DNA from: the human T2T-CHM13v2.0 reference genome, Homo sapiens
Reading direction: 5' to 3' (one strand)
Length of the DNA: 64,000 nucleotides
NCBI RefSeq assembly: GCF_009914755.1
Contig: NC_060930.1
Part shown: piece by piece, positions 27,644 to 41,953 of the stretch
How positions within the stretch are numbered: position 1 is the first letter of the stretch
Layout of the letters: every line of letters begins with the position of its first letter
Notes under the pieces: model-generated
What the model saw: the letters and a program-made list of their open reading frames with translations, nothing else
Told to the model about the DNA's origin: nothing
Databases searched by the model: none
Translations under genes and position numbers: made by a program

Positions 27644-30068
27644 ATTTCTTCATGTAAAAACTAGACAGAAGAATTCTCAGAAACATCTTTGTGATGTGTG
27701 CATTCAACTCACACAGTTGAACTTTCCTTTCGATAGAGCAGTTCTGAAAGACTCTTTTTGTAGAATTACCAAGTAGATATTTAGAGCGCTTTGAGGCCTA
27801 TGGCAGAAAAGGAAATATCTTCATAGAGAAACTAGACAGAGTAATTCTCAGAAACTACTTTGTGATGTTTGCATTCAACTCACAGTGTTGAATATTCCTC
27901 TTGATAGAGCAGTTTTGAAATACTCTTTTTGTGGAATTTGCAAGTGTGTATTCAGAGGGCTTTGTTGAAACACTCTTTTAGTAGAATCTGCAAGTGGATA
28001 TTTAGAGCAGTTTGAGGCCTATGGTACGAAAGGAAATTTCTTCCTATAAAAACTAGACAGAATCATTCTCAGAAACAACTTTGTGATGTGTGCGTTCAAC
28101 TCACAGAGTTTAACTTTTCTTTTGATTGAGCAATTTTGAAGCACCCTGTTTGTGAAGTCTGCAAGTGGATATTTGGAGTGCTTTGAGGCCTTCTTCGGAA
28201 ACGGGAGTAACTTCCAATAAAATGTAGACAGAAGTATTCTTAGAAACATCTTTGGGATTTCTGCACTGAACTCACAGAATTGAAACTTCCTTTTGATAGA
28301 ACAGTTTTGAAACACTCTTTTTGTAGAATTTGCAAGTGGATATTTAGAGTGCTTTGGGGCCTATGGTAGAAAAGCAAATATCTTCATAGAAAAACTACAC
28401 AGAAGCATTCTCAGAAACTACTTTGTGATGCTTGTATTCAACTCACAGTGCTGAACATTCCTTTTGATACAGCAGTTTTGTAACACTCTTTTTGTAGCAT
28501 CTGCATATGGATATTTGGACCTCTTTGAGGCCTTCTTTGGAAACGGTAATTTCTTCTATAAAAACTAGACAAAATAATTCTCAGAAAATTCTTTGTGATT
28601 TGTGCATTAACCTCACAGAGTTGAACGTTTCTTTCAATAGAGCAGTTTTGAAACACTCTTTTTGTACAATATCCAAGTGGATATTTAGAGCGCTTTGAGG
28701 CCAATGGTGGAAAAGGAAATATCTTCATAGAAAAACTAGACAGAAGCATTCTCAGAAGATAATTTGTGATGTGTGCATTCAACTGACAAAGTTCAACCTT
28801 TATTTTGATAGAGCAATTTTGAAACACTCTTTTTGTAGAACTTCCAGTGGATATTTAGAGTGATTTGAGGTCTATGGTAGCAAAGGAAATATCTTCACAT
28901 AAAAACTACACAGAAGAATTCTGAGAAACTACTTTGTGATGTTTGCATTCAACTCACAGAGTTGAACATTCCTTTTGATAGAGCAGTTTTGTAACACTCT
29001 TTTTGTAGAATCTGCAAGTGGATATTTGGACCTCTTCGAGACCTTCGTTGGAAACAGGAATTTCTTCATGTAAAAACTAGACAGAAGAATTCTCAAAAAC
29101 TTCTTTGTGATGTGTGCATTCAACTCACGGAGTTGAACTTCCCTTTTGATAGAGCAGTTTTGAAACACACTTTTGGTAGAATTTCCAAGTGAATATTTAG
29201 AGCGCTATGAGGCCTATGGTAGAAAAGGGTATATCTTCATATAAAAACTGGACAGAATCATTCTCAGAAACTACTTTGTGATGTGTGTGTTCAACTCATA
29301 GAGTTTAACCTTTCTTTTAATAGAGCAGTTTTCAAACACTCTGTTTGTAAAGTCTGCAAGTGGATATTTGGAGCGCTTTGAGGCCTTCTTTTGAAACGGG
29401 AGTATCTTCACATAAAAAAGTAGACAGAAGTATTCTCAGAAATTTCTCTGTGATGTCTGCACTCAGCTCACAAGTTGAACCTTCCTTTTGGTAAAGCAGT
29501 TTTGAAACACTCTTTTTGTAGAATTTACAAGTGGATATTTAGAGCGCTTTGGGGCCTATGGTAGAAAAGGAAATATCTTCATAGCAAAACTAGACCGAAG
29601 CATTCTGATAACCTACTTTGTGATGTTTCCATTCTATTCACAGAGTTGAACATTCCTTTTGATAGAGCAGTTTTGTAACACTGTTTTTGTAGAATCTGCA
29701 AGTGTATATTTGGACTTCTTTGAGGCTTTCGTTGGAAACCAGAATTTCTTCATATAAAAACAAGACAGAAGAATTCTCAGAAACTTCTTTGTGATATGTG
29801 CATTCAACTCAGAGAGTGGAACATTCCGTTCGATAGAGCAGTTTTGAAACACTCTCTTTGTTGAATTTCCAAGTGGATATTTAGAGCGCTTAGAGGCCTA
29901 CGGCAAAAAAGGAAATATCTTCATATAAAAACTAGACAGAATCATTCTCAGAAACTACTAAGTGATGTGTGTGTTCAAGTCACAGAGTTTAATCTTTCAT
30001 TTGATAGAATAGTTTTGAAACACTCTTTTTGTAGTATCTGCAAGTCGATATTTGGATCTCTTTGAGGC

Positions 30069-30085
30069 CTTCGTTGGAAACGGGA
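30069..30085 (+). other. CENP-B box (canonical)
   Basis: CTTCGTTGGAAACGGGA. Confidence 0.92.
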
Positions 30086-32284
30086 TTTCTTCATATACAA
30101 CTAGACAGAAGAATTTTCAGAAACTTCTTTGTGATGTGTGGATTCAACTCATAGAGTTGTACCTTCCTTTCATTAGAGCAGTTCCAAAACCCTCTTTTTG
30201 TAGAATTTCCAAGTAGATAATTAGAGCGCATTGAAGCCTATGGTAGAAAAGGAAATATCTTCATATAAAAACTAGACAGACTCATTCTCAGGAACTACTT
30301 CGTGATGTATGCATTCAACTCACAGAGTTTAACCTTTCTTTTGATAGAACAGGTTTGAAACACTCTTTTTGTAGAATTTGCAGGTGTATATTTAGAGCGC
30401 ATTGAGACCTATGGTAGAAAAGGAAATATCTTCACATAAAAACTAGACAGAAGCATTGTCAGAAACTACTTTGTGATGTTTACATTCAACTCAGAGAGTT
30501 GAACATTCCTCTTGATAGAGCAGTTTTGAAACACTGTTTTTGTAGAATCTGCAAGTGGATATTTGGAACTCTTTGAGGCCTTCGTTGGAAATGGGATTTC
30601 TTCATATAAAACTAGACAGAAGAATTCTCAGAAACTTCTTTGTGATGTGTGCATTCAACTCACGGAGTTGAAACTTCCTTTTGATAGAGCAGTTTTGAAA
30701 CACTCTTTTTGTAGAATTTCCAAGTGAATATTTTGGGCACTTTGAGGCCTATGGTAAAAAAGGAAATATCTTCATAGAAAAATTAGACAGAATCATTCTC
30801 AGAAACGACTTTGTGATGTGTGCGTTACACTCACAGAGTTTAACATTTCTTTTGATAGAGCAGTTTTGTAACACTCTTTTTGAAGAATCTGCAAGTGTCT
30901 ATTTGGACCTCTTTGAGGCCTTCATTGGAAACGGGAATTTCTTCACATATAAACTAGACAGAAGATTTCTCAGAAACTTTTTGTAATGTGTGCATTCAAC
31001 TCACAGAGTTGAACCTTCCTTTTGATAGAGCACTTTGGAAACACTCTTTTTGTAGAATTTCCAATTGGATATTTAGAGCTCTTTGAGGCCTATAGTAGAA
31101 AAGGAAATATCTTCATAGAAAAACTAGACAGAATCTTTCTCATAAACTACTTTGTGAAGTGTGTGCTCAATGCACAGAGTTTATCCTTTCTTTTGATAGA
31201 ATAGTTTTTAAACACTCTTTTTGTAGAATTTGCAAGTGTGTATTTATAGGGCTTTGAGGTCTATGGTAGAAAGGAAATATGTTCACATAAAAACTAGACA
31301 GAAATATTCTCAGAAACTACTTTGTGATGTTTGCATTCAACTCACAGCGTTCAACATTCCTTTTGAGAGGGCAGTTTTGAAACACTCTTTTTGAAGAATT
31401 TCCAAGTGGATATTTAGAGCACTTTGATTCTTATGGTAGAAAAGAAAATATCTTCGTAGAAAACTAGACAGAATCATTCTCAGAAACTACTTTGTGATGT
31501 GTGCGTTCATCTCACAGAGTATAACCTTTCTTTTTATGTAGAAGTTCGGTAACACTCTGTTTGTAAAGTCTGCAAGTGGATATTTGGAGCACTTTGAAGC
31601 CTTCATTGGAAACGGGAATATCTTCACATAAAAAGTAGACAGAGGTATTCTCAGAAACTTCTTTGTCATGTCTGCACTCAACACACAGAATTGAGCTATC
31701 CTTTTGATAGAGCAGTTTTGAAACACTCTCTTTGTAGAATTTGCAAGGGGATATTTAGAGCGCTTTGAGGCCTATGGTAGAAAAGGAAATATCTTCATAT
31801 AAAAACTGGACAGATTCATTCTCAGAAACTACTTTGTGATATGTGCATTCAACTCACAGAGTTTAACCTTTCTTTTGATAGAGTAGTTTTGAAACACTCT
31901 GTTTGTAAAGTCTGCAAGTGGATATTTGGAGCGTTTTGAGGCCTTCTTTTGAAACGGGAGTATCTTCACATAAAAAGTAGACAGAAGTATTCTGAGAAAC
32001 TTCACTGTGATGTCTGCACTCAACTCACAGAGTTGAACCTTCCTTTTGATAAAGCAGTTTTGAAATACTCTTTTTGTAGAATATGCAAGTGGATAATTAG
32101 AGCGCTTTGGGGCCTGTGGTAGAAAAGGAAATATCTTCGTAGCAAAACTATACAGAAGCATTCTGAAAAACTTCTTTTTAATGTTTGTATTCAACTCACA
32201 GAGTTGAACATTCTTTTTGATAGGGAAGTTTTGTAACTCTCTTTTTGCAGAATCTGCCAGTGTATATTTGGACCTCTTTGAGGC

Positions 32285-32301
32285 ATTCGTTGGAAACGGG
32301 A
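32285..32301 (+). other. CENP-B box (intact core)
   Basis: ATTCGTTGGAAACGGGA. Confidence 0.88.
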
Positions 32302-33309
32302 ATTTCTTCATATAAAAACTAGACAGAAGAATTCTCAGAAACTTCTTTGTGATATGTGCATTCAACTCACAGAGTGGAACATTCCTTTCGATAGGGCCGT
32401 TTTGAAACACTCAATTCGTTGAATTTCCAAGTGGATATTTAGAGCACTTTGAGGCCTATGGCAGAAAAGGAAATATCTTCGTAGAAAAACTAGACAGAAT
32501 CATTATCAGAAACTACTTTGTGATGTGTGCGTTCAAGTCACAGAGTTTAACCTTTCTTTTGATTGAGCAGTTTTGAAACACTCTTTTTGTAGAATTAGCA
32601 AGTATGTATTTAGAGCCCTTTGAGGGCTATGGTAGAAAAGGAAACATCTTCATAGGAAAACTACACAGAGTCATTCACAGAAAGTACTTTGTGATGTGTG
32701 CATTTTACTCACAGAGATTAACCGTTCTTTAGATAGAGCAGGTTTGAAACTCTCTTTTTGTAAAGTCTTCAAGTGTATATTTGGAGCGCTTTGGGGCCTT
32801 CTTTGGAAAAGGGAGTATCTTCACATAAAAGTAGACAGAAGTATTCTCAGGAACTACTTTGTGATGTCTGCACTCAACTCACAGAGTTGAAATTTCCTTT
32901 TGATAGAGCAGATTTGAAACACCCTTTTTGTAGAATTTCCAAGTGGATATTTAGAGCGCTTTGAGTCCTATGGTAGAAAAGGAAATATCTTCATATAAAA
33001 ACTATACAGAATCATTCTCAGGAACTACTTTGTGATGTGTGCGTTCAACTCACATAGTTTAAACTCTCTTTTGATAGAGCAGTTTTGAAACGCTGTTTTT
33101 GTGGAATTTGCAAGAGTGTAATTAGGCGGCTTTGACGCCTATGGTAGAAAAGGAAGTATCTTCACATAAAAACTAGACAGATGCATTCTCAGATACTACT
33201 TTGTGATGTTTGCATTCAACTCACAGAGTTCAACATTCCTTTTGATAGAGCAGTTTTGAAACACTATTTTTGTATAATCTGCAAGTGGATATTTGGATCT
33301 CTTAGAGGC

Positions 33310-33326
33310 CTTCGTTGGAAACGGGA
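33310..33326 (+). other. CENP-B box (canonical)
   Basis: CTTCGTTGGAAACGGGA. Confidence 0.92.
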
Positions 33327-36300
33327 ATTTCTTCACATAAAAACTAGACAGAAGAATTATCAGAAACTTTTTCTGATGTGTGCATTCAACTCACAGAGTT
33401 GAACCTTCCTTTTGATAGAGCAGTTTTGAAAAAATCTTTATGTGGGATTTCAAAGTGGATTTTTAGAGCGGTTTGAAGCCTTTGGTAGAAAAGGAAATAT
33501 CTTCATAGAAAAAATAGACAGAATCATTCCCAGAAACTGCTTTGTGATGTGTGCGTTCAACTCACAGAGTTTAACATTTCTTAGAACAGTTTTGAAACAC
33601 TCTTTTTCTAGAATTTGCAATATTATATTTAGAGCGCTTTGAGGCCTATGGTAGAAAAGGAAATATCTTCACATAAAAACTATACAGAAGCATTCTCAGA
33701 AACTAGTTTTTGATGTTTGCTTTCAACTCACAGAGTTGAACATTCCTCTTGATAGAACAGTTTTGAGACACTCTTTTTGTAGAATCTTCAATTGGATACT
33801 TGGACCTCTTTGAGGACTTCGCTGGAAATGGGATTTCTTCATATAAAACTAGAAAGAAGAATCTCAGAAACTTCTTTGTGATGTGTGCATTCAACTCACA
33901 GAGTTGACTCTTCCTTTCGATAGAGCAGTTTTGATACACTCTTTTTGTAGAATTTCCAAGTGGATAACTAGAGCACTTGGAGGCCTATGGTAGAAAAGGA
34001 AATATCTTCATAGAAAAACTACACGGAATCATTCTCAGAAACTACTTTGTGATGTGTGTCTTCAACTCACAGTTTAACCTTTCTTTTGATAGAGCAGTTT
34101 TGAAACACTCTTTTTCTATAGTTTGCTGTTGTATATTTAGAGTGCTTGGAGGCCTATGGTAGAAAACGAAATATCTTCACATAAAAACTAGATGGAAGCA
34201 TTCTCAGAAACTACTTTGTGATGTTTCCATTGAACTCCCAGATTTGAACATTCCTGTTGATAAAGCAGCTTTGAAACACTCTTTTTGAATAATCTGCAAG
34301 TGGATATTTGGACCACTTTGAGGCCATCCTTGGAAACGGGAATTTCTTCACATAAAAACTAGACGGAAGAATCCTCAGAAACTTTTTGTGATGTGTGCAT
34401 TCAACTCGCAGTTTGAACCTTCCTTTTGATAGAGCAGTTTTGGAACACTCTTTGTGTAGAATTTCCAAAAGGATATTTAGGGCACTTTGAAGCCTATGGT
34501 AGAAAAGGAAATATCTTCACAGAAAAACTAGACAGAATCATTCTCTGAAACTGCCTTGTGATGTGTGCGTCCAACTCACAGAGTTTAACCTTTCTTTTAA
34601 TAGAGCAGTTTTGAAACACTCTGCTTGTAAAGTCTGAAAGTGGATATTTGGTGTGCTTTGAGGCCTTCTTTGGAAGCGGAAGTATCTTCACATAAAAAGT
34701 AGACAGAAGAATTCTGAGAAACTTCTTTGTGATGTCTGCACTCAACTCACAGAATTTAACCTTCCTTTTGATAGAGCAGATTTGAAACACTCTTTTTGTA
34801 GAATTTGCAAGTGGATATTTACAGCGCTTCTGGGCCTATGGTAGAAAAGGAAATATCTTCATAGAAAAACTACGCAGAATCATTCTGAGAAAATACTTTC
34901 TGATGTTTGCATTCAACTCACATAGTTGAACATTCCTTTTGATAGAGCAGTTTTGTAACACTCTTTTTGTAGAATCTGCAAGTGTATATTTGGACCTCTT
35001 TGAGACCTTCCTTGGAAACGTGAATTTCTTCATATAAAAACTATACAGAAAAATTCTCAGAAAATTCTTTGTGATGTGTGCATTCAACTCAGAGAGCTGA
35101 ACGTTTCTTTCGATAGAGCCGTTTTGAAACATTCTTTTCGTAGAATTTCCAAGTGGGTATTTAGAGTGCTTTGAGACCTAAGCTATAAAAGAATATATCT
35201 TCATATAAAAACGAGACAGAATCATGCTCAGAAACTACTTTGTGATGTGTGCCTTCAACTCACAGAGCTTAACCTTTCTTTTGATAGCACAGTCTTTTAA
35301 CACTCTTTTTGTAGAATTGGCATGTGTATATTTAGAGTGCTTTGAGGACTACTGTAGAAAAGGAAATATCTTCATATAAAAATTAGACAGAAGCATTCTC
35401 AGGAACTACTTTTTGATGTTTGCATTCACCTCACAGAGTTGAATATTTCTCCAGATAGAGAAGTTCTGAAACACTCTTTTTGTGTAATCTGCAAGTGGAT
35501 ATTTTGATCTCTTTGAGGACTTCATTGAAAACGGGATTTCTTCATATAAAAGTAGACAGAAGAATTCTCAGAAACTTCTTTGTGCTGTGTGCTTTCAACT
35601 CACAGAATTGAACCTGCATTTCGATACAGCAGTTTCAAAACACTCTTTTGGTAGAATTTCCAAGTGAATATTTAGAGCACTTGGAAGCCTACGGTTGAAA
35701 AAGTAATATCTTCATATAAAAACTACACAGAATCATTCTCAGAAACTATTTTGTGAAGTGTGCGTTCAACTCACAGAGTTTAAGCTTTCTTTTGATAGAG
35801 CAGTTTTGAAACACACTTTATGTAGAATTTGCAAGGTTATATTTAGAGCGCTTTGAGGCCTATGGTAGAAAAGGAAATATCTTCACATAAAAACTAGACA
35901 GAAGCATTCTCAAAAACTACATTGTGACGTTTGCATTCAACTCACAGAATTGAAAATTCCTATTGATAGAGGAGTTTTGAAACACTCTTTTTGAAGTATC
36001 TGCAACTGGATATATTGACGTCTTTGAGGCCTTAGTTGGAAACGGGCATTTCTTCATATAAATCTAGACAGAAGAATTCTCAGAAACTTCTTTGTGTTGT
36101 GTGCATTCAATTCACTGAGTTGAAACTTCCTTTCGATAGAGTAGTTTGATACTCTCTTTTTGTAGAATTTCCAAGTGGATATTTAGAGCGCTTGGAGGCC
36201 TATGGTAGAAAAGGAAATAAGTTCATAGAAAAACTACACAGAATCATTCTCAGAAACTACTTTGTGATGTGTGCATTCAACTCACAGAGTTTAACCTTTC

Positions 36301-39300
36301 TTTTATAGAGCAGTTTTGAAACACTCTTTTTGTAGAGTTTGCAAGTGTATATTTAGAGTTCTTGGAAGCCTATGGTATAAAAGGAAATATCTTCATATAT
36401 AAACAAGATGGAAGAATTCTCAGAAACTACTTTGTAATGTTTGCATTCAACTCACAGAGTTGAACATTCCTATTGAGAGAGCAGTTTTGAAACAATCTTT
36501 TTGAAGAATCTACAACTGGATATTTAGACCTCTTTGAGGCCTTCATTAGGAACGGGATTTTTTCATATAAATCTAGACAAAAGATTTCTCAGAAATTTCT
36601 TTGTGATGTGTGCATTCAACTCAGAGAGTTGAATCTCCCTTTCGATAGAGCAGTTTTGAAACACTCTTTTTTTTAGAATTTCCAAGTGAATATTTAGAGC
36701 GCTTTGAAGCCTATGGTAGAAATATCTTCATATAAAATCTAGACAGAATCATTCTCAGAAACTACTCTGTGATGTGTGCGTTCAACTCACAGAGTTTAAC
36801 CTTTCTTTTGATAGAGCAGTGTCGAAACACTCTGTTTGTAATGTCTGCAAGTGAATATTTGGAACGCTTTGAGGCCTTCTTTGGAAACAGGAATATCTTC
36901 ACATAAAAAGTAGGCAGAAGTATTCTCAGAAACTTCTTTGTGATGTCTGCACTCAACTCACAGAGTTGAACATTCCTTTTGACAGAGCAGTTTTGAAAAA
37001 CTCTTTTTGTAGAATTTGAAGTGGATATTTAGAGCACTTTGAGACCTATGTTAGAAAAGGAAATATCTTCATATAAAAACTAGACAGAATCATTCTCAGA
37101 AACTACTTTGTGATGTGTGCGTTCAGCTCACAGAGTTTAAACTTTCCTTTGATAGAGCAGTTTTGAAACACTCTTTTTGTAGAAGCTGCAAGTGCATATT
37201 TGGAACTCTTTGAGGCCTTCGTTGGAAAGGGGATTTCTTCTTATAAAACTAGACAGAAGCATTAACAGAAACTTCATGGTGATGTGTTCGTTTCACTTTC
37301 AGAGTTTAACCTTTCTTTTGATAGAGCAGTTTTGAAACACTCTTTTTGTAGAATTTCCAAGAGAATATTAAGAGCACTTGGAGGCCTATGATAGAAATGT
37401 AAGTATCTTCATATAAAAACAAGGCAGAATCATTCTCAGAAACTACTCTGTGATGTGTGCGTTTAACTCACGTGGTTAACCTTCCTTTTGATAGACTAGT
37501 TTTGAAACACTCTTTCTGTAGAATTTGCAAGTGTATATATAGAGCGCTTTGAGGCCTACGGTAGAAAAGGGAATATTTTCATACAAAAACTAGACGGAAG
37601 CATTCTCAGAACCTACTTTGTGATGTTTGCATTCAACTCACAGAGTTGAATATTGCTCTTGATAGAGCAGTTCTGAAACACTCTTTTTGCAGAATTTGCA
37701 AGTGAATATTTGAACCTCTTTCAGGCCTTCGTTGGAAACGTGATTTCTTCATATAAAACTAGACAGAAGAATTCTCAGAAACTTCTTTGTGACGTGTGCA
37801 TTCAACTCACAGTGTTGAACCTACTTCCGATAGGGCAGTTTTGAAACACTCTTTTTGTAGTATTTCCAAGTGAATATTTAGATCACTTGGAGGCCTACCG
37901 TAGAAAAGGAAATATCTTCTAGAAAAACTGGACAGAATCATTCTCAGAAACTACTTTGTGATGTGCGCATTAAACTCACAGAGTTTGACCTTTCTTCTGT
38001 AGAGCAGTTTTGAAATGCTTTTTTTGTAGAATTGGCCAGTGTGTATTTAGAGGGCTTTGCGGCCTATGGTAGAAAAGGAAATATGTTCACATAAAAACTA
38101 GAGTGAAGCATTATCAGAAGCTACTTTGAGATGTTTGCATTCAACTCACAGAGTTTAACATTCCTTTTGATGGAGCAGTGTTGAAACACTCTTTTGTAGA
38201 ATCTGCAAGTGGATATTTGCACCTCTTTGAGGCCTTCGTTGGAAACGAATTTCTACACATAAAAACTAGACCGAAGAATTCTCAGAAACGTTTTGTGATG
38301 TGTGCATTCAATTCACAGAGTTGAAACTTCCTTTTCATAGAGCAGTTTTGAAACACTCTTTTTGTAGAATTTCCAATTGAATACTTAGAGCGCTTAGAGG
38401 CCTATGTTAGAAAAGTAAATATCTTCATATAAAAACGAGGCAGAATCAGTCTCAGAAACTACTCTGTGACGTGTGCCTTCAACTCACATGGTTTAACCTT
38501 CTTTTTGATAGAGCAGTTTTGAAACACTCTTTTTGTAGAATTTCCAAGTGTATATTTGGAGGGCTTTGAGGCCTATGGTAGAAAAGGAAGTATCTTGTCA
38601 AACAACTAGACAGAAGCATTCTCAGAACCTACTTAGTGATGTTTGCATTCAGCTCACAGAAATGAACATTCCTCTTGATAGATCAGTTTTGAAACACTCT
38701 TTTTAGAGAATCTGTAAGTGGATATATGGACCTCTTTGAGGCCTTCGTTGGAAACGGAAATTTCTTCAGCTAAAACAAAACAGAAGAATTCTCAGAAACT
38801 TCTTTGTGATGTGTGCATTCAACTCATGGAGTTGAAACTTCCTTTGGATAGAGCAGTTTTCTAACACTATTTTTCTAGAATTTACAAGTGGATATTTAGA
38901 GCGCTTTGAGGCAAATGTTATAAAAGGTAATATCTTCATAGAAAAATGACAGAATCATTCTCAGAAATTATCTTGTGATGTGTGCGTTCAACTCACAGAG
39001 TGTAACCTTTCTTTTGATAGAGCAGCTTTGGAACACTCTTTTGGTCGTATTTGCAACTGTATATTTAGAGTGCTTTGAGGCCTATGGTAGAAAAGGATAT
39101 ATCCTGTCATAACAACTAGACAGAAGCGTTCTCAGAACCTACTTTGTTATGTTTGCATTCAACTCACAGAGTTGAACATTCCTCTTGATAAAGCAGTTTT
39201 GAAACACTCTTTTTATAGAATCTGTAAGTGGATATATGGACCTCTTTGAGGCCTTCGTTGGAAAAGGGAGTTTCTTCATATAAAAACTAGACAGAAGAAT

Positions 39301-39934
39301 TTTCTGAAATTTCTATGTGATGTTTGCATTGAACTCAGAGATTTGAACGTTCCTTTTGATAGAGCAGTTTTGAAACACTCTTTTTGTAGAATTTCTCAGT
39401 GGATATTTTGAGCTTTTTGAGGTCTGTTGTAGAAAAGAAAATATCTTCATAGAAAAACTAGACAGAATCATTCTCAGAAACTGCTTTGTGATGTGTGCGT
39501 TCAACTCACAGAATTTAAATTTCTTTTGATAGAACAGTTTTGAAACACTCTTTTTGTAGAATTTGCAAGTGTATATTTAGAGTGCTTTGAGGCCTATGGT
39601 AGAAACGGAAATATCTTCATGTAAAAATTAGACGGAAGCATTCTCAGAAACTACTTTGTGATGTGTGCGTTCAACTCACAGAATTTAAATTTCTTTTGAT
39701 AGAACAGTTTAGAAACACTCTTTTCGTAGAATTTGCAAGTGTATATTTAGAGTGCTTTGAGGCCTATGGTAGAAAAGGAAATATCTTCATGTAAAAACTA
39801 GACGGAAGCATTCTCAGAAACTTCTTTGTGATGTTTGCATTCAACTCACAGAGTTCAACATTCCTCTTGGTAGAGCAGTTTTGAAACACTCTTTTTGTAG
39901 GATCTGCAAATGGATATTTGGAGCGCTTTGAGGC

Positions 39935-39951
39935 CTTCGTTGGAAACGGGA
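39935..39951 (+). other. CENP-B box (canonical)
   Basis: CTTCGTTGGAAACGGGA. Confidence 0.92.
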
Positions 39952-41953
39952 TTGCTTCATATAAAACAAGACAGAAGAATTCTCAGAAACTACTTTGTGA
40001 TGTATGAGTTCAACTCACAGAATTTAACCTTTCTTTTGAGAGAGCAGTTTTGAAACACTCTGATTTTAAAGTCTGGAAGTAGATATTTAGAGCACTTAGA
40101 GCCCTTCTTTGGAAAGGGGAGTATCTTCACATAAAAAGTAGACAGAAGTATTCGCAGAAACTTCTTTAAGATGTCTGCACTCACTCACAGAGTTGAACCT
40201 TTCTTTCGGTAGAGCCGTTATGGAACACTCTTTTTGTAGGATTTGCAAGTGTATATTTAGAGCGCTTTGAGGCCTATGGTAGAAAATGAAATATGTTCAC
40301 TAAATAACTAGACAGAAGCATTGTCAGAAACTACTTTGTGATGTTTGCATTCAACTCACGGAGTTGAACATTCCTCTTGATAGAGCAGTTTTGAAACACT
40401 CTTTTTGTAGAATCTGCAAGAGGATATTTGGACCTCTTTGAGGCCTACGTTGCAAACGGGATTAATTCATATAAAACTAGACAGAAGAATTCTCAGAAAC
40501 TTCTTTGTGATGTGTGCATTGAACTCACAGAGTTGAACCTTCCTTTAGATAGAGCAGTTGTGAAACACACTTTTTATATACTTTCCAACTGAATATTTAG
40601 GGCGCTTGGAGGCCTGCGGTAGAAAAGGAAATATCTTCATAGAAAAACTAGACAGAATCATTCTCAGAAGCTACACTGTGATGTGTGCATTCAACTCACA
40701 CAATTTAACCTTTCTTTTGATAGAGCAATTTTGAAATCTTCTTTTTGTAGAATTTGCAATTGTGCATTTAGAGGGCTTTGAGACAGATGGTCGAAAAGGA
40801 AGTATCTTTATGTAAAAGCTAGACAGAAGCATTCTCAGAAACTAATTTGTGATGTTTGCATTCAACACAGAGTTTAACATTCCTTTTGATTGAGCAGTTT
40901 TTGAAACCGTCTTTTAGTAGAATCTGCAAGTGCATATTTGGGCCTCTTTGAGGCCTTTGTAGGAAATGGAAATTCTTCATATAAACAAGACAGAAGAATT
41001 CTCAGAAACTACTTTGTGATGTGTGCGTTCAACTCACAGAGTTTAACCTTTCTTTTGATAGAGCAGTTTTGAAACACTGTTTATTAAGTCTGCAAGTGGA
41101 TATTTGGAGTGCTTTGAGACCTATGGTGGAAAAGAATATATGCTCATAAAAAAACTAGACAGAAACATTATCAGAAACTACTTTGTGATGTTTGCATTTA
41201 TCTCACAGAGTTCAACATTTCTTTTGATAGAGCAGTTTTGAAACAGTCTTTTTGTAGAATATGCAAGTGGATATTTGCACCTCTTTGAGTCCTTCATTGG
41301 AAACGTGAATTTCTTCACATAAAAACTTAACAGAAGAACTTTTCTCAGAAACTTTTTGTAATATGTACATTTAACTCAGAGAGTTGAAATTTCCTGTTGA
41401 TAGAGCAGTTTTGAAACACAGTTTTTGTAGAATCTCCAAGTGGATAACTAGAGCTCTTTGAAGCCTATGGTAGAAAAGGAAATATCCTCATATTAATAGT
41501 AGACAGAATCATTCTCAGAAACTACTTTGTGATGAGTGCGTTCAACTCACAGAGTTTAACCTTTCATTTGGTAGAGCAGTTTTGAAACACTCTGTTTGTA
41601 ATATCTGCAAGTAGATATTTGTAGTGCTTTGAGGCCTTCTTTGGAAAAGGGAATATCTTTACATAAAAAGTAGACAGAAATATTCTCAGAAACTTCGTGA
41701 TGTCTGCACTCAACTCATAGAGTTGAACCTTCCTTTTGATAGAGCAGTTTTGAAACACTCTTTTTGTAGAATTTGCAAGTGGATATTTAGAGCGCTTTGG
41801 GGCCTATGGTGGGAAATGAAATATGTTCATAGAAAAACTACACAGAAGCATTCTCAGAAACAATTTTGTGATGTGTGCGTTCAACTCACAGAGTTTAACA
41901 TTTCTTTTGGTAGAGCAGTTTTGAAACACTCTTTTTGTAGAATTTGTAAGTGT

